Source of the DNA: Macrostomum lignano | Taxonomy: Eukaryota | DNA length: 64,000 nt | Reading direction: 5' to 3' | Assembly (NCBI GenBank): GCA_002269645.1 | Contig: NIVC01002146.1 | Span: forward strand, 136,668-200,667 | Shown here: piece by piece, positions 1 through 12,239 of the stretch | Numbering within the stretch: the first letter of the stretch is position 1 | How the letters are laid out: each line of letters starts with the position of its first letter | Program-made: the position numbers and the translations under genes | Notes under the pieces: model-generated | What the model saw: only the letters and a program-made list of their open reading frames with translations | What the model was told of the DNA's origin: nothing | Databases searched by the model: none

Positions 1-2
1 TG

Positions 3-1349
3 GTGACGCAGCGCAGCCACCGCGGTGCTAACCTGCACGTGACGTACGACCTGACCGAGTACGACCTGGTCTGCGGGGGTCGCCGAGACCGGAGCCCCCT
101 GCTCATGCTGACTCTATTGCCCACTAGTCGAGTCGACGCGCTCGTCAAATCCGGTCTCACTGAAAAGCCGTTGCTGCGGCAGTGGGGGCGGCGGGCAAGA
201 CGCGACCTCCTACCACTAAACACCGCCCGCACTGTCCTGTTTGCCATCCTGACGCTGCTAGTGAGCCCGCTGACGCCATTCTTCCCATTCATCGCCACGA
301 TGGTGCAGTACGGCTCCGAGGTGCACGACGGGTTCTACGCCTACGCTGGGTATGTAAACAGCACCCTGCTAAACAAAACAGGAAATGACAGTGGCGTTGG
401 CAGCGAAATCTTAAAAGACTTCTGCCGAGGTCAATACGTGCTGGACTTCTTGCGCGATCCCAACTACAAGGGTTTGGAGGTCGTGAAGACGTCACCAATC
501 TTTTGGTTCCAAACTTTGACAAGAGCCGACCTCGTGAATCAGGGGCCCAATAACAGGATTATTGTAGGCGTGCTGCTGGTCTTGCAGCTAGCCGCCATCT
601 TCTTTAGCAGCCTGGAGGCAATGCGGTTCAATGGACAGACCTGGTTGCAGAAGCATACAGGCGACAGCTACGTTCAATGTCGCTTCTATCAGTTTGCCTA
701 CAACCTGGCCTTTCTATGCGGCATATTGCACCTGGCCTTCACACTGCCTATCGATAGTCAATTGGACTGCACTGCTTGGCTCACGATGAATTCACCGAAC
801 CTGACGCTCTGGTGGTTCACCACGATCTCCGAGACCGCTGCCGTCCTGTACATCTACTTCTCTATGGTGTCACTGATGGAGGCCTTTGAGATGATCGGCG
901 AACGAGTCGCCTTCCTCAACATCTGCTTCCGGAAAATGTGCTCCAGATTCCTGAGAGTTCTACCGCTATTCTTCATCTGGGCCTACATTGTGTTCGGCAC
1001 GGTCATGTACATGGTTGACTTCGAGAATTCAGAGTTCAAGTCGGCGGCTTATGTGTACTATTCACCGCTGCGAATTCTGCTCAACATGGCCAACCTGCCG
1101 GCCAGGCCCTCCACCGCCATCCTGCACACCCTGTTCGTGCTGGTTGTGTCAATCAACATCACCAACTTCCTCATTGCTATTGTGTCCAACGAGTTTGACG
1201 TGGCTGACCGGCACTTCCGCCTGCTGTACAGCCTCACGAAGCTCAACTACCTTCTGCTTACCTGGCGTCGCTATGGCAGCTTGCTCCGACTGACCCACCG
1301 CGGGCCAAGGAAGCTGGTGATTGACACGGTGAGGCTGCAGCTGGATTGA
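3..1349 (+). CDS. TRPV-like cation channel, C-terminal/transmembrane part (5' end outside window, no introns in this part)
   Basis: 448-codon open frame from the window edge. 'YDLTEYD' resembles the TRPV YDLTEID motif. Six hydrophobic segments, an S4-S5 linker 'IGERVAFLNICFRKMCSRFL', a pore-like segment and an S6/TRP-box-like 'NITNFLIAIVSNEF'. Confidence 0.7.
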   Translation: MTQRSHRGANLHVTYDLTEYDLVCGGRRDRSPLLMLTLLPTSRVDALVKSGLTEKPLLRQWGRRARRDLLPLNTARTVLFAILTLLVSPLTPFFPFIATMVQYGSEVHDGFYAYAGYVNSTLLNKTGNDSGVGSEILKDFCRGQYVLDFLRDPNYKGLEVVKTSPIFWFQTLTRADLVNQGPNNRIIVGVLLVLQLAAIFFSSLEAMRFNGQTWLQKHTGDSYVQCRFYQFAYNLAFLCGILHLAFTLPIDSQLDCTAWLTMNSPNLTLWWFTTISETAAVLYIYFSMVSLMEAFEMIGERVAFLNICFRKMCSRFLRVLPLFFIWAYIVFGTVMYMVDFENSEFKSAAYVYYSPLRILLNMANLPARPSTAILHTLFVLVVSINITNFLIAIVSNEFDVADRHFRLLYSLTKLNYLLLTWRRYGSLLRLTHRGPRKLVIDTVRLQLD

Positions 1350-2147
1350 ATTTGGACGAGTCGGTTGACCACATTGCAAAGTGTACAGTCGCTATCTTGC
1401 GTGTAGAAAGATTTTTTTCTGACAATATCGCTCACATAATTTTTGCTAATCCATGTACTATATGTTCTTCTATCATATCTATTTATAGCTATCCTACTTT
1501 TTATTAATGATTACAAGCTATCCTGAATGATTTCGTTTATTCGAATCCAACGATATTATTCATAATGTGCTTAGGAACCGACTCTCGAAATGTGAAAAAC
1601 TCAAGTAAATAAATACCGTATGCTGCAATTATTGCAGTCTTAGCCTGTAGCAGCAATATCGGCTACTACGAGTGTTGTATGTGCCTACAAGTAGAAAATA
1701 AAAAAATGGTTTTCTTGGCGTGAATAATTAACAAAAAAATTTCTTGCGCTTTAATCACGTGTTTCTCCCTGCAACGCAAGGTCTATCTGCATTGATATTT
1801 GACAGAAAATGTAGACTTCACAAAAGCTTTTAGCACCCATACATTGAAGACAATATGGCAAAATACTTTAGTGACCTGCGCTCGGATATGTATATACTTT
1901 AATGTTATAATCTAGAAAATACTTCAATGTGCCGAACGCTTCTTGAAGAACGTTACAGTCAGAAATAATGTGAAATGAATACGTTCAGATGAGTAGTATG
2001 GACGGCTGTACTTCAACACTTACGAGTATTCAGCAGGTACGAGTAGGAAGACGATCTGAACCCACAGGGAAAATAATCTCAGTCATTAAGGTTTGCCACA
2101 AGGCAGGCGGCTCTCACACTCCATGCTGCCGAAGGCTCCAGCGAGTG

Positions 2148-2761
2148 CTAAGAGAAGCTGCCGAAGGTCATTTCGTCGCTGGAGGCCGAAATCTGCCGCT
2201 CGCTGTCGTCGTCGAAGACCTTACTGACTCCGCGGCCGTCCGGGCCGAGGCCCGAGCTGGCGTAGAACTGGGGAAACTTGTCGTCGAACATCCGGCAGCA
2301 TTTCTCCAGGCTGTGCAGGTCCGGCGCCCTGACGGTGATCCGGCGGAGGGCGATGGAGGCGGCGGCCGTGCGGATTGGCTGCGGGTCCAGCAGGATCTCC
2401 GATTCGCAGGCGCGGGCGATGGCCTCGACGCGCCGGTCGGAGGCGTGGCAGAAGGCGCGCATGTTGGCGCGGGTCTCCGGCACCCGGAAGCTGTACTGGT
2501 AGATCGGCTGCAGCGGCGTGCTGGCCGAGGCCGCCAGGGTGGCGGCGCCCTCGTCGTAAAGCGCCATCGACGCCAAGGTCGATCTGTCGGTGTCACCGTC
2601 CGCTACGTCGCCGAATTCGTCGGCGCTGAGGCAGCGTCGCCGGCTGTTGCACTGGTTGCGCTCTGTTGGAGACGGGGCGATGCGGCAGGAGGAGGCTGCA
2701 ATGCAGAGAAGAGTTGCGAATCCGGCATTGGCCTGAGCACGCGGAACTTGGCTTTGCACTG
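2148..2761 (-). CDS. Exon 2 of uncharacterised gene; compact alpha/beta domain (YSFRVPETRANMRAFC...LEKCCRMFDDKFP)
   Basis: Acceptor TCAG|CA at 2762/2761 (tandem CAG also at 2759, same frame); 103-nt GT-AG intron 2762-2864; stop TAG 2148-2150; GC-rich coding-like composition. Confidence 0.6.
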
Positions 2762-2864
2762 CTGACATTCATACTCAGCATAGTGAGGACAAGATTAGGG
2801 TTAATTAAGGCGTACAAAAACCTCAATTGGTTCACCCAAAACTATTTGAACCAGTTGCAAGTAC

Positions 2865-3300
2865 CGTCCATCCTTGTGCGCACATCCGGGTCCTGCGGTC
2901 CGCTGGTCTGCCCAGCCATTTCGTGCAGCGGACTCGAAGGCTCCACCGCGACAGTGGCGTCGCCGCCACCTACTGCCTCCTTCCAGCTGCGCTGGCTCGG
3001 CTGCCAGACCGTCTCGCCGTGTCTCGCGTCGTCTCGACTGCTGAGGCGCAGGGCTCGGAGTCGCTGAGGGTTCACCAGCGGCTTCAGGGCTGGCAACTCC
3101 GACCATCGGGCCTCGGACTCCGGCACGGAGCAGCTGGTGCTTTGGCCACAGCTGTGCGAGCAGCTGCTTCCGGAGCTGACGCTGCTGGTGCGACTTTTGG
3201 GTCGGGGCAGCGAGGCCGGCTCCGCTTCCTGGGGCTTTGTGCCGACACTGCCTGTGGCGTTGGCTGCGACTGAGCTCTTTGTTCTGCTGGATGGATTCAT
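2865..3300 (-). CDS. Exon 1 of uncharacterised two-exon gene (Ser-rich, low-complexity N-terminus)
   Basis: ORF from ATG 3300; donor G|GTACTT at 2865/2864 (phase 1) joins in frame to exon 2; spliced CDS 1050 nt (349 aa). Confidence 0.6.
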
Positions 3301-3710
3301 CTTTGTGCTACAAAAACTTTCTTTTCGAGTCTATTAAAAACTATATGGTTAAAAATTAGGTATTAAATGCTTATTGCAAATCCTTTAATAGACACTTACA
3401 ATTTCTACAGCTTATAGAACTTTAAGTCTCGGATCTTCCAGTTTACAACCCCGTGCCCAACTGAACCATAGAATACAAAGCCAACTTCTCTATTTCGAGA
3501 AACATGAAGATCCTCAGAGAATAAAGAAGTGTGGCACAATGCAGTAATCTCTGGATTCTCTTGTTCATGCTAATCAGCATTAGGAATATAAAGCCATTTT
3601 CCGCCCGTCGAACTACCAAACAACCCCCCCCCCCGAAAAGTTTTGCTGCGCGGAAGCGAAACAGCCGCGCAGGCGCATGAGAAATTCAAGAACACGGGCT
3701 AGCTGGTCGC

Positions 3711-4772
3711 CATCATAAACCCGAAAAATCACAACTCCGAAAGCGCTTTCCATCATAAACCCGAAATATCACAAACCCGAAATATCAACAACAACAACAA
3801 CAGAGTACGCTGTCAGTTCGCAAAAGCAGCGTCAGATGGCGCGCTTCGAAGCTTGGGCGCGAACAAAGGCCGCACCGCCGGCAGAGTCCGGGGCGCCGGC
3901 GTCAGCCAGCAGAAAGTCGACGTAGCGCCGAGTCCTCGCCTGTCCCCGCCGGTAGGGTGCCTGCAACGTAAGTAGCAGCACCTCCTGCACCGGCTCCGGA
4001 CAGTAGGCCTCGGCGCGGATGACGTGGCCTGCCAGCTGGAGTCGCCGACGGCGCAGCAGATCGCTACGACGGGCCAGGCCGGCGCGATGATAGAGCGCCG
4101 TGTTGGTGACTCGCTCGTTGCCGATCTTGAAGACGGCGCGCAGCAGGCCAGCGTGCGCCGCGTCGACTTGAGCCTCGAGCGAGTCTGTCAGCGTCCAGGT
4201 CTCGGCGTTGTATAACAGGACGGTCTCGATCACCGCCTGGAACAGCGCCGCCCTCTGGCGGTCCGGTAGGGCCTCGGACTGCAGGACTGACCTTATAGAA
4301 CGAAAGGCAGCCCAGGCAAGTCCTCGGCGAAGCCGCAGATCCTCGCGGACGTCGGGAACCAGACCGCCAAGGTAGACGAACTGCTGACATCTTGGAAGCT
4401 CACTCGCCTGTCCGTCAGCCCGAAATATCACAAACCCGAAATATCATAACTCCAAAAAACAAAATAGCAACACCCATCATAAACCCGAAACATCATAAAC
4501 CAGAAAAATCACAACTCCGAAAACCAAAATAGTGTTGACATTGCTAGAACTTTCGGAGTTATGATATTTCGGGTTTGTGATATTTCGGGTTTACATGTAT
4601 GATGGGCAATGCTATTTTTGTTTTCGGAGTTGCGATTTTTCGGGTTTATGATAGTTCGGGTTTATGATGTGTGTTGCTATTAATTTCGGAGTTATGATAT
4701 TTCGGGGTTGTGATATTTCGGGTTTATGATCGAAAGCGCTTTTCGGAGTTGTGATTTTTCGGGTTTGTGATG
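3711..4772. mobile_element. Foldback/MITE-like element with ~60-bp terminal inverted repeats and internal subrepeats (interrupted by an RTE fragment)
   Basis: Left 'catcataaacccgaaaaatcacaactccgaaagcgcttt' is the near-perfect reverse complement of the right end ending 4772; repeated 'aacccgaaatatca'/'aactccgaaa' subunits. Confidence 0.7.
3788..4418 (-). mobile_element. 5'-truncated RTE-clade non-LTR retrotransposon
   Basis: ORF 3832-4431 has 'FVYLG', 'VLLYNAETWTL' and 'RRRRLQLAGHV', typical of the RTE RT C-terminus; (TTG)n 3' tail; 12-bp TSD CCCGAAATATCA at 3776-3787 and 4419-4430. Confidence 0.85.
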
Positions 4773-5409
4773 CCCCCCCCCGGGCTCTTTGTTATATATA
4801 TATATATTAGGACGCAGAGAGGAGGCCCCTTGCGCGCATGCGCTCGCAGAACAGGCGGGAGGGGCAGGCAGCAGCAGCCTGAGGGGTCAGCTCAAGCGCC
4901 TGCAAATCAGCGATGAGGCAGTCCGTTAGAGTGGCAGTGCGGGCCTGGCCGCGGCGCAATTGCTCTCTTTGTTGCGCATCTTCTAAAACGAGAATCAAGT
5001 CGTTTTATCTCTGGACCGTCGAGATATTCGACGATTCTGCCAGAAAGTCGGATTTTTCCAACGCTACTGTATTCATGCAATATACCCATGTGCGCCAATC
5101 GGCACTCCGCCTCGGTGCAGCCTTGCCAAGCCTCCAAATTTCATCAGCACGTCGATCACATGTGCTTGTATATCAGCTCTGACTTCTTTGGTCATTGGCC
5201 TTCACCCAAGGCGGAGCTTCTGGACCTTCAGCAAGCGACACCAGATTATTATATACTGTATGGACACCCTAGCTGTTTCGAATTTCTCTAGTTTCGCTGA
5301 TCAAACCTCGACAGTGAGCAAACCTCAGCTGCTGGACAGCCTCAGCTTCTCTCTCTCTCTGTATGTAGCATTTCCGTCATCACCCCGACGCCGTCGGCAC
5401 CTTCAACAG

Positions 5410-5429
5410 ATGGCATCGAATCCCCCTTG
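5410..5429 (+). CDS. TCERG1: Probable first coding exon of TCERG1 (MASNPP-W)
   Basis: ATG GCA TCG AAT CCC CCT TG|GTAGTT; the phase-2 donor matches the phase-2 acceptor at 14192 (TG+G = Trp), giving MASNPPWPPLGG. The donor is non-optimal and the intron spans the gap. Confidence 0.45.
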
Positions 5430-5733
5430 GTAGTTCCTTATAGGGTGGCTATTTGTCGGTCAGTATAGAATGGTAAGGTCACTGATCGCGCCTCCTTTTG
5501 ATTTCAGTAAGCCTTTTAGCTTAAATTGCTCTACTGTTAAAAACGAAAGTTTTGACCTCAAGTTTGTTGGACGGCAAGTTGTTAGGCCACCAGTTAAAAA
5601 ATTTTTTTTTCTTGCCCCTATATATTTATATAAAAACTGCATCAATCAGCGTTATTTTAAACCTATAGCAATAGTAGCAACAGAGTTCGAGAGCTACACA
5701 ATAGCAAAAAATCAGAGAATCATATTTGGCGAG

Positions 5734-6273
5734 NNNNNNNNNNNNNNNNNNNNNNNNNNNNNNNNNNNNNNNNNNNNNNNNNNNNNNNNNNNNNNNNNNN
5801 NNNNNNNNNNNNNNNNNNNNNNNNNNNNNNNNNNNNNNNNNNNNNNNNNNNNNNNNNNNNNNNNNNNNNNNNNNNNNNNNNNNNNNNNNNNNNNNNNNNN
5901 NNNNNNNNNNNNNNNNNNNNNNNNNNNNNNNNNNNNNNNNNNNNNNNNNNNNNNNNNNNNNNNNNNNNNNNNNNNNNNNNNNNNNNNNNNNNNNNNNNNN
6001 NNNNNNNNNNNNNNNNNNNNNNNNNNNNNNNNNNNNNNNNNNNNNNNNNNNNNNNNNNNNNNNNNNNNNNNNNNNNNNNNNNNNNNNNNNNNNNNNNNNN
6101 NNNNNNNNNNNNNNNNNNNNNNNNNNNNNNNNNNNNNNNNNNNNNNNNNNNNNNNNNNNNNNNNNNNNNNNNNNNNNNNNNNNNNNNNNNNNNNNNNNNN
6201 NNNNNNNNNNNNNNNNNNNNNNNNNNNNNNNNNNNNNNNNNNNNNNNNNNNNNNNNNNNNNNNNNNNNNNNNN
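5734..6273. other. Assembly gap (540 N)
   Basis: Run of N. Confidence 1.
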
Positions 6274-7463
6274 TCCTCAGACTCCACAATCTGCAAAGGT
6301 AGTATGCAGCTCACTATGCAGCTCAGTAAGCGACTGTTGGCCTCTTTTTGTGAAACATCTAGATTAGAGCAACTGAAACACTAGAACAAGCTGAGCTGTT
6401 AAGCCTGTTGCACTTTTTGGCAAGGGCTTGGACTTGGACCAGTAGCTCTTGGAGAAGGACTGGCCCTTGGTGCCAATGCCAATGATGGCAAAGGTGAAAC
6501 TGCTGATACTAATGCACTTGCACTAGCAGATGATGATGATGATTGCAACATAGAAATCTGGTTGGAACTTGGTATTTTCATAGCAAGATGTAGTCTTGGA
6601 AGCAGATTGAGACTCAGACTCAGTAGCTGGTAGACCACTAGTGCAGGTTGGATCAGGACCAGAAGAAGCTGATCACTTTTTTGTAGTGTAGGTTCAACCA
6701 GACTTAAGAGTCTTCAAACTGTATTATTTATATTAAGAAAAGAAAAGGATAGCTCAATGATTGATAATGAATTAAATAAATTACTTACTTAAGTGATAAG
6801 TCAATGCTAAGAAATTAAGAATATTACAAATATATTTCTGTTTAGTCTTTACTTTATATACTAGATTTCTAGTTTATGTGTAGTTCTGCTCTAAATATTA
6901 AGTTTATTTGTGTATGTTTTTTTACTTCTCATCTCAATATTTATTTTATTTACTACTTGTTATTATTTATAGGTAAATTTGTAATCTAGAAATTAGAATA
7001 TATATTTATTTCAGTTTGACTCATGACTGACTCAATTTGAGTCATGACTCATAATTAAAAATTCATTGCTTATTAAATATAATATATGACATTAGTTTAT
7101 TCTTAATCTTAATTAATAATTAGTATAATTTATAAATAAACTAGTAGTAACTAATAAGCCTTAGTCTTTGACTCCTTAGAAAATTAGTTAGAGTAAAGAC
7201 ATAGGTTGTAGAGTAAGAGTATGTATAGAGCAAGAAATTCTAGAATCAACCTATTACCTAACCTACAGCTACAAAAAGCAAAAAGGCTAATGCAAAGCAA
7301 ACAGAAAGAGTTTAAACAAAAATACTATACTACTGAAAAAAAGAGCATAGACAAGAAGCAAAACTTACCTCAGACATTGCTCTCTTCCTTAGACCTTCCT
7401 CTAACCAAGACTGTTTTAGGCAAGCATAATTGACAAACAAAAACAGGGCAAGCTGTTTGACTT

Positions 7464-7834
7464 CTTCTTCTTCATATTTGGGTCATGGACATTATAGCTG
7501 TAGCTAATAGGACTGGGTGCTTAGCACCATACAGCCGGGTTGCTGACTCCGCATGGGCGGACAGTAGAAGACAGAATCCAATTTGTGGCCTGCGGCGGGT
7601 GGCCAGAGAGTGTGGGGACCCAAATCCTGGTGCGCAGGGCTCCTCCACAGACCGACTTACACTGTAAAAACTGCCATCTACCACCAACCCAGCAGTGGGG
7701 GACAACTCTCCCAGGTGGCATACCTGGAGGTGAGACCAATTTGTCACCCCAGGCATGTACAGGGATGCACAAAGCTCCTGCCACATTGGCGGAGTGTCCA
7801 GGGGCGCAACATGGACGCTGGTCTTGTGCCACCC
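7464..7834 (-). mobile_element. Short 5'-truncated non-LTR retroelement fragment
   Basis: GC-rich insert in AT-rich DNA, (GAA)n tail on minus strand, 12-bp TSD GCTGTTTGACTT at 7452-7463 and 7835-7846. Confidence 0.65.
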
Positions 7835-10800
7835 GCTGTTTGACTTGTTGACATTGCTGCAGCTGCAGCCCCTTTCTTTGACTGCTTAGAGTTTGAGGAA
7901 GAACTAGAATAGACATTCTTATTCTTTACTTCCCATTTTTGAAAAACAAAATACTTTTTAATATGAGGAGAAGGATTAGGGTTTTGATTCTGCAATTCTT
8001 GTGCTTCATCATTGTCATCAGTGACTTCAATTATGTGAGTGTCAGCAACAGCATCAGCATTGGTATTCAAATTCTTGGACTTAATAGAATCTGACTCTGT
8101 TTCTGACATGATGACAATTGACAATGAGTTGATGACAATGTCATAAATCAATGAATCACAATTTATTCATGTATCAAATCAAATCAAATCAGATCACAAT
8201 GATGATCAGCTGGCTGAGTGGCCTGTATGGCTGTATGCTGTATTATTTTATATTATTAGTTATTAACTTATTACTTATTATTATTATTAATAATTTTTTA
8301 ATTACAAAATAGCCTAAAGAAAGGAAAGCAAAACTGCAAAAGCCTACATAGTAATTCAGTAAATTCCTGTAAATTCTAAATACTATTATGTTACGTACAT
8401 TAAAAAAGATTTTAAAAGTTAAAATCAGTAAAACAAAATTGTTTAGAAGACTGAGAACCCTAAAAAACAATGTAAAAGAAAATTTGTTGCCTAAAATTTA
8501 GCAAATTTCAATTTTAGCAAATTTGAGCTAAATGTAATGGCACTTTTGTAGCATATGTTAAGTTATTCAATTTAGCAATATTAGCGAATTTCAAAAATCA
8601 TAGCGGTGCTATATTCAAATTTAGCACCCGCTATGCCCATCACTGTTAAGAGCATGTAATATATATCCAAAAATTTAGGCACACATAGGCTTTGCAGTTT
8701 ATATGGTAAATAGAAAAAATTAATAATAAGTTTATATATCGTAATTTCTTGACAAATATTTAAATAGACAATTCAAATAAACAAGTCCTCTTTTTAACAA
8801 GGATGCTCAATGCAGGCTTTATTTTAGCCATCTTTTTACACATTTGTAAGCTTTATTTTGATAGAAAAAAATTAATTTATTTAATTATAGAAAAATCTAA
8901 AAAACTACAGTTTAGGAACACAAAAGTTTATAGTATTACAACTCTGCTTTAAGTTTAAAGGGAATTTTCTAATTTTTTATAAAGATCTTTTTGAATAGAG
9001 AATAATTTCTATACCTCTATGCCTATTTTAGCAACAATGATATGTTTCACACATATAGTATAGTGCTTCCTCTAAGGAGATTTTTTGTTTAAAACATTAT
9101 TGTATATTTCCTATTCAACTCTAAGTCAAAAAAAGACTCCTGCTTTTGCTAAAAATATTTGCTTGTTGTTAGTTAAATTTCAAGGGAAAGCTTTTGCATG
9201 CTCTTGCTTTTAATTGACATTGCAAGTGCTCCTAATCAACATTTAATTTAGAAAAAATTGCACTTGAAATGTGTCTACAATGGAATTTTAAAGGCCTGAA
9301 TAATAGTTCATGGATCTTTTGTTGCAATATAGTGCTGAATAGTTTTCTTTGAGTCCTAAATACCAATTACAATTTTTATGCATTTCCTAACTTTAAAATA
9401 AGGCTTTTAGCACTTAAAATGATTGGAAAGTTTTGTTGATACTTAAAAGTATCAAAGCAAAGCAAAAGCAAAGTCAAAGCAAACTATCAAGGTATAACAT
9501 GAGTCAAAGTTATTAAACAAAACAATGGCAATAAAGTAAGAAAAAATACAGTGTGCTAGTTCTCTTAATTTTTTTCAATTGTCTTAGCTATTGATCTATA
9601 GATAGCACTCTGCATATGCTAGCATTAATAGATAAAGGCCAGCAAGACTTATGATACCAAAATAGACACAATGGGCAGTCAATCTACATTAAAGAAATAT
9701 TAAAAGTTTGACCTTTTGTGAGCAATAACATATATGCACAACTGCTAGCCGATCTGGCCCAGCCTGGCCCAGCCTAAAGAATAGACATAGTACTAATTAG
9801 ATGACGAGGCATTTAGCCCTTAAAAGATAGTCATAGTTACTCTGCTGGCCGTTTACCCAAAATTGCGTTAGGTTTCTTTCACAGGTAAGTCGCATTATTG
9901 GTCAAAAAGTAAGTCGCATGGCCAGTGTAAATCAGGGGGGTTGCGCAAGTATAATTAAGAATATAGTAAAATTTGTTAACCTTATCCAATCTATTTCTGT
10001 ATCCCTCCTAGGTGGCTCCTCAAGTCCACAAAGCTTGCAGTAAGGTTAGATTGTTTCTTTGCAAAAGTTTTTAAGAGCCAATCTGATTAGCTGGCATGCA
10101 GCCTATAGTTTCTTTTGCAAAGTATTATTCAGAATAGTGCATTTTTAAAAAGCATTGACCAAAAAGGCAGATATGCCACAAGAATAGAAGTCTTTTTCTT
10201 GTTATATATCAAGTGTAAAATGCTGACCTAGTAAATTGGCTAAATTGAAGCTGCCCAAAGAGGCCCAAAAGATAAAAGCTAAAAAGTTTTATGTGCTTCA
10301 ACAATGTAAACCATAGGACTAATGCACTCATACTAATCAACAGAAGATTGACTGTTAAAACTTATTTGAATTTATTCTTATACTATATTGCAATTTGATG
10401 CCTAGTAGATAAGCTTAGTCAGTCTAGATAATAGGCCTTTTTCAATGAGAAATCCATGGCCAGGAGCCAAAAGTGATTAGTGGCTAGAATCAAAACTAGT
10501 ATAGTAGAAATTTGAGTAAATTTGTCTTTAATTTGAATAATTCAGTTTGATTTGTGCTGCAATAAGAAGTTTTTTAGTATCTGTTATCAAGGCAGACATT
10601 TCTTCCTAAAAAGTAGGTTGTTGGATTTTAAAAATGCTATCAGCAGTGTTACTAGAATTTGACAGTTCAAATAGGGCCAGAAGGTCACTCTGCAGCATTA
10701 CTACTCCATTTTTTCCATTTACTACAATAGCCAAATAGTCATAAATAACCTTTGTTTAATTGGATATAGAGGCTTGTCTCTCTACAATAGAGACAGTAAT

Positions 10801-10949
10801 CTGTTTATAGAATTTTTATAATAGTACATGTATAAAAATAATAAATTCTGATACCAAATAATCTAGCAAATTTTGCTCATATAAGGATGTCAATTGGTTG
10901 TCTATAAAATGTCTTAATGTTAAAACTGGATTTGAAGCACAGCTAGATA

Positions 10950-12150
10950 GGTAGTGAGTTTCAAAGCCTTTTTTCAGTGGCAGCTACAACATGAGTGGCT
11001 GGCACTGACAAAAGCTGCTATAGATAACATGCTACAATTGGGAAGTCTTGTAGATGACTTTGGTTTGGGTAGTTCAAGAATATTTTGTATATTTTCTTCC
11101 TTAGTGCTCTTTTGCACCCTTTTCAATATCCTTATTAAGTCTGTTTGATATACAAAACTGAAGATTTGACTTATGTATTGCAAAATATTTGCTTCTTTGA
11201 TCTTTCCATATATGAATTTGGCATTTTTGACTGCAAACTATGCTAGTAAGCTTTAATTATGAATCCAAAAATACCTAACTCTAGTTATAGGCCTCCCATA
11301 GTAGAAGATAAAGTGTAAGTACTATTACTTTGGTGGAACCTGCAAGTTGTCTCAAAATTGGAGTGTTGGAGGCTTTGATCCTTGAGTATACTAGAGACTT
11401 TTTATTTTTATTATAGTAAAGCCAATTATTGTAAGTCAAACTATGATATTTTCAAATCATTTTCTTTTAAAATTTTTATAATAATACCTGTTATGATCAA
11501 AACACTTATAATTATAGCTTTTTATTGTAACTTTATTTTCTGGATTTGGATAATGCCTGATATTTTTAAATAGAATGCATCTGATGACAACTCTGATAAA
11601 AAAATAGTTGGCCACATGAGTCCATAGATTAAGAAAAACATCTTAAGAGCAAAAAAAGAACATTGACTTTGCAAATAAAGTCTTGGAGGAACAAATTCAA
11701 GGGAGGCTTCCCATTTTGGTCCATTTTGGCCCATAGAAAGTAGAAATAGAAAAAACTGCTTACATCTGCCAAACTGCACTAAGATTGGCCAAAATTCAAC
11801 TAAGCTTTTCCATAGGGGCAGGCCATCAACATTGACCTTAAATAAAAGTTGCACCTCACCAGTATGAGACTTATTACCTAACAAGAAATTTTGAAAGGCA
11901 TAGTGCAGATTATTGGACAAAGAAAAGTAGATATAGTTGCCATTTCACATTGCTTTGACTTGTGGATGCTTGTAGAGCAAGCAAAGGGTATCATTGAAAT
12001 GCACAATATGTTGTTGGGACTTCTATACCAAACCTAGCAAGAAGTTGAAGAAGGAAGATAATTGCAGAGCAGGCAAGGGTTGAAGAGAAAAAAGTGTGCA
12101 TAACTCTGGAAATATGCTACCATTTCTTGGTTGTACACTACTAGCAGCAC
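10950..12150 (-). pseudogene. Decayed CMC/EnSpm(CACTA)-like transposase
   Basis: Across frames: 'LLQLLARFGIEVP', 'GNYIYFSL', 'VNVDGLPLWKSLVEFWPIL', 'STFYG', 'FLQDFI', 'LELGIF', in the order expected for this transposase group; many stops and frameshifts; boundaries approximate. Confidence 0.6.
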
Positions 12151-12239
12151 AACCATTAGAAAAAGTAGGCTTGGCTAATTGTTCTTCAATATTAACAATA
12201 GTCTTGTCTGCAACACATGCAGCATCCTAGTCTGCAATA

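Noticed and set aside
1989-2765. 258-aa plus-strand ORF and other overlapping ORFs
   Set aside because: Antisense shadows of the GC-rich minus-strand exon.
4811-5330. Coding-like fragment ('LSLDRRDIRRFCQKVGFFQRY', 'SDFFGHWPSP')
   Set aside because: Stops and frame changes, no motif I can assign with confidence; a passing resemblance to LAGLIDADG C-termini is too weak.
5470-6384. ORFs spanning 5734-6273
   Set aside because: Consist of N gap.
8480-9500. Possible hAT end (CAGTGATGGGCATAGCGG on minus, ~8625-8645) and hAT transposase traces
   Set aside because: No partner TIR or TSD found and protein motifs too decayed to support.
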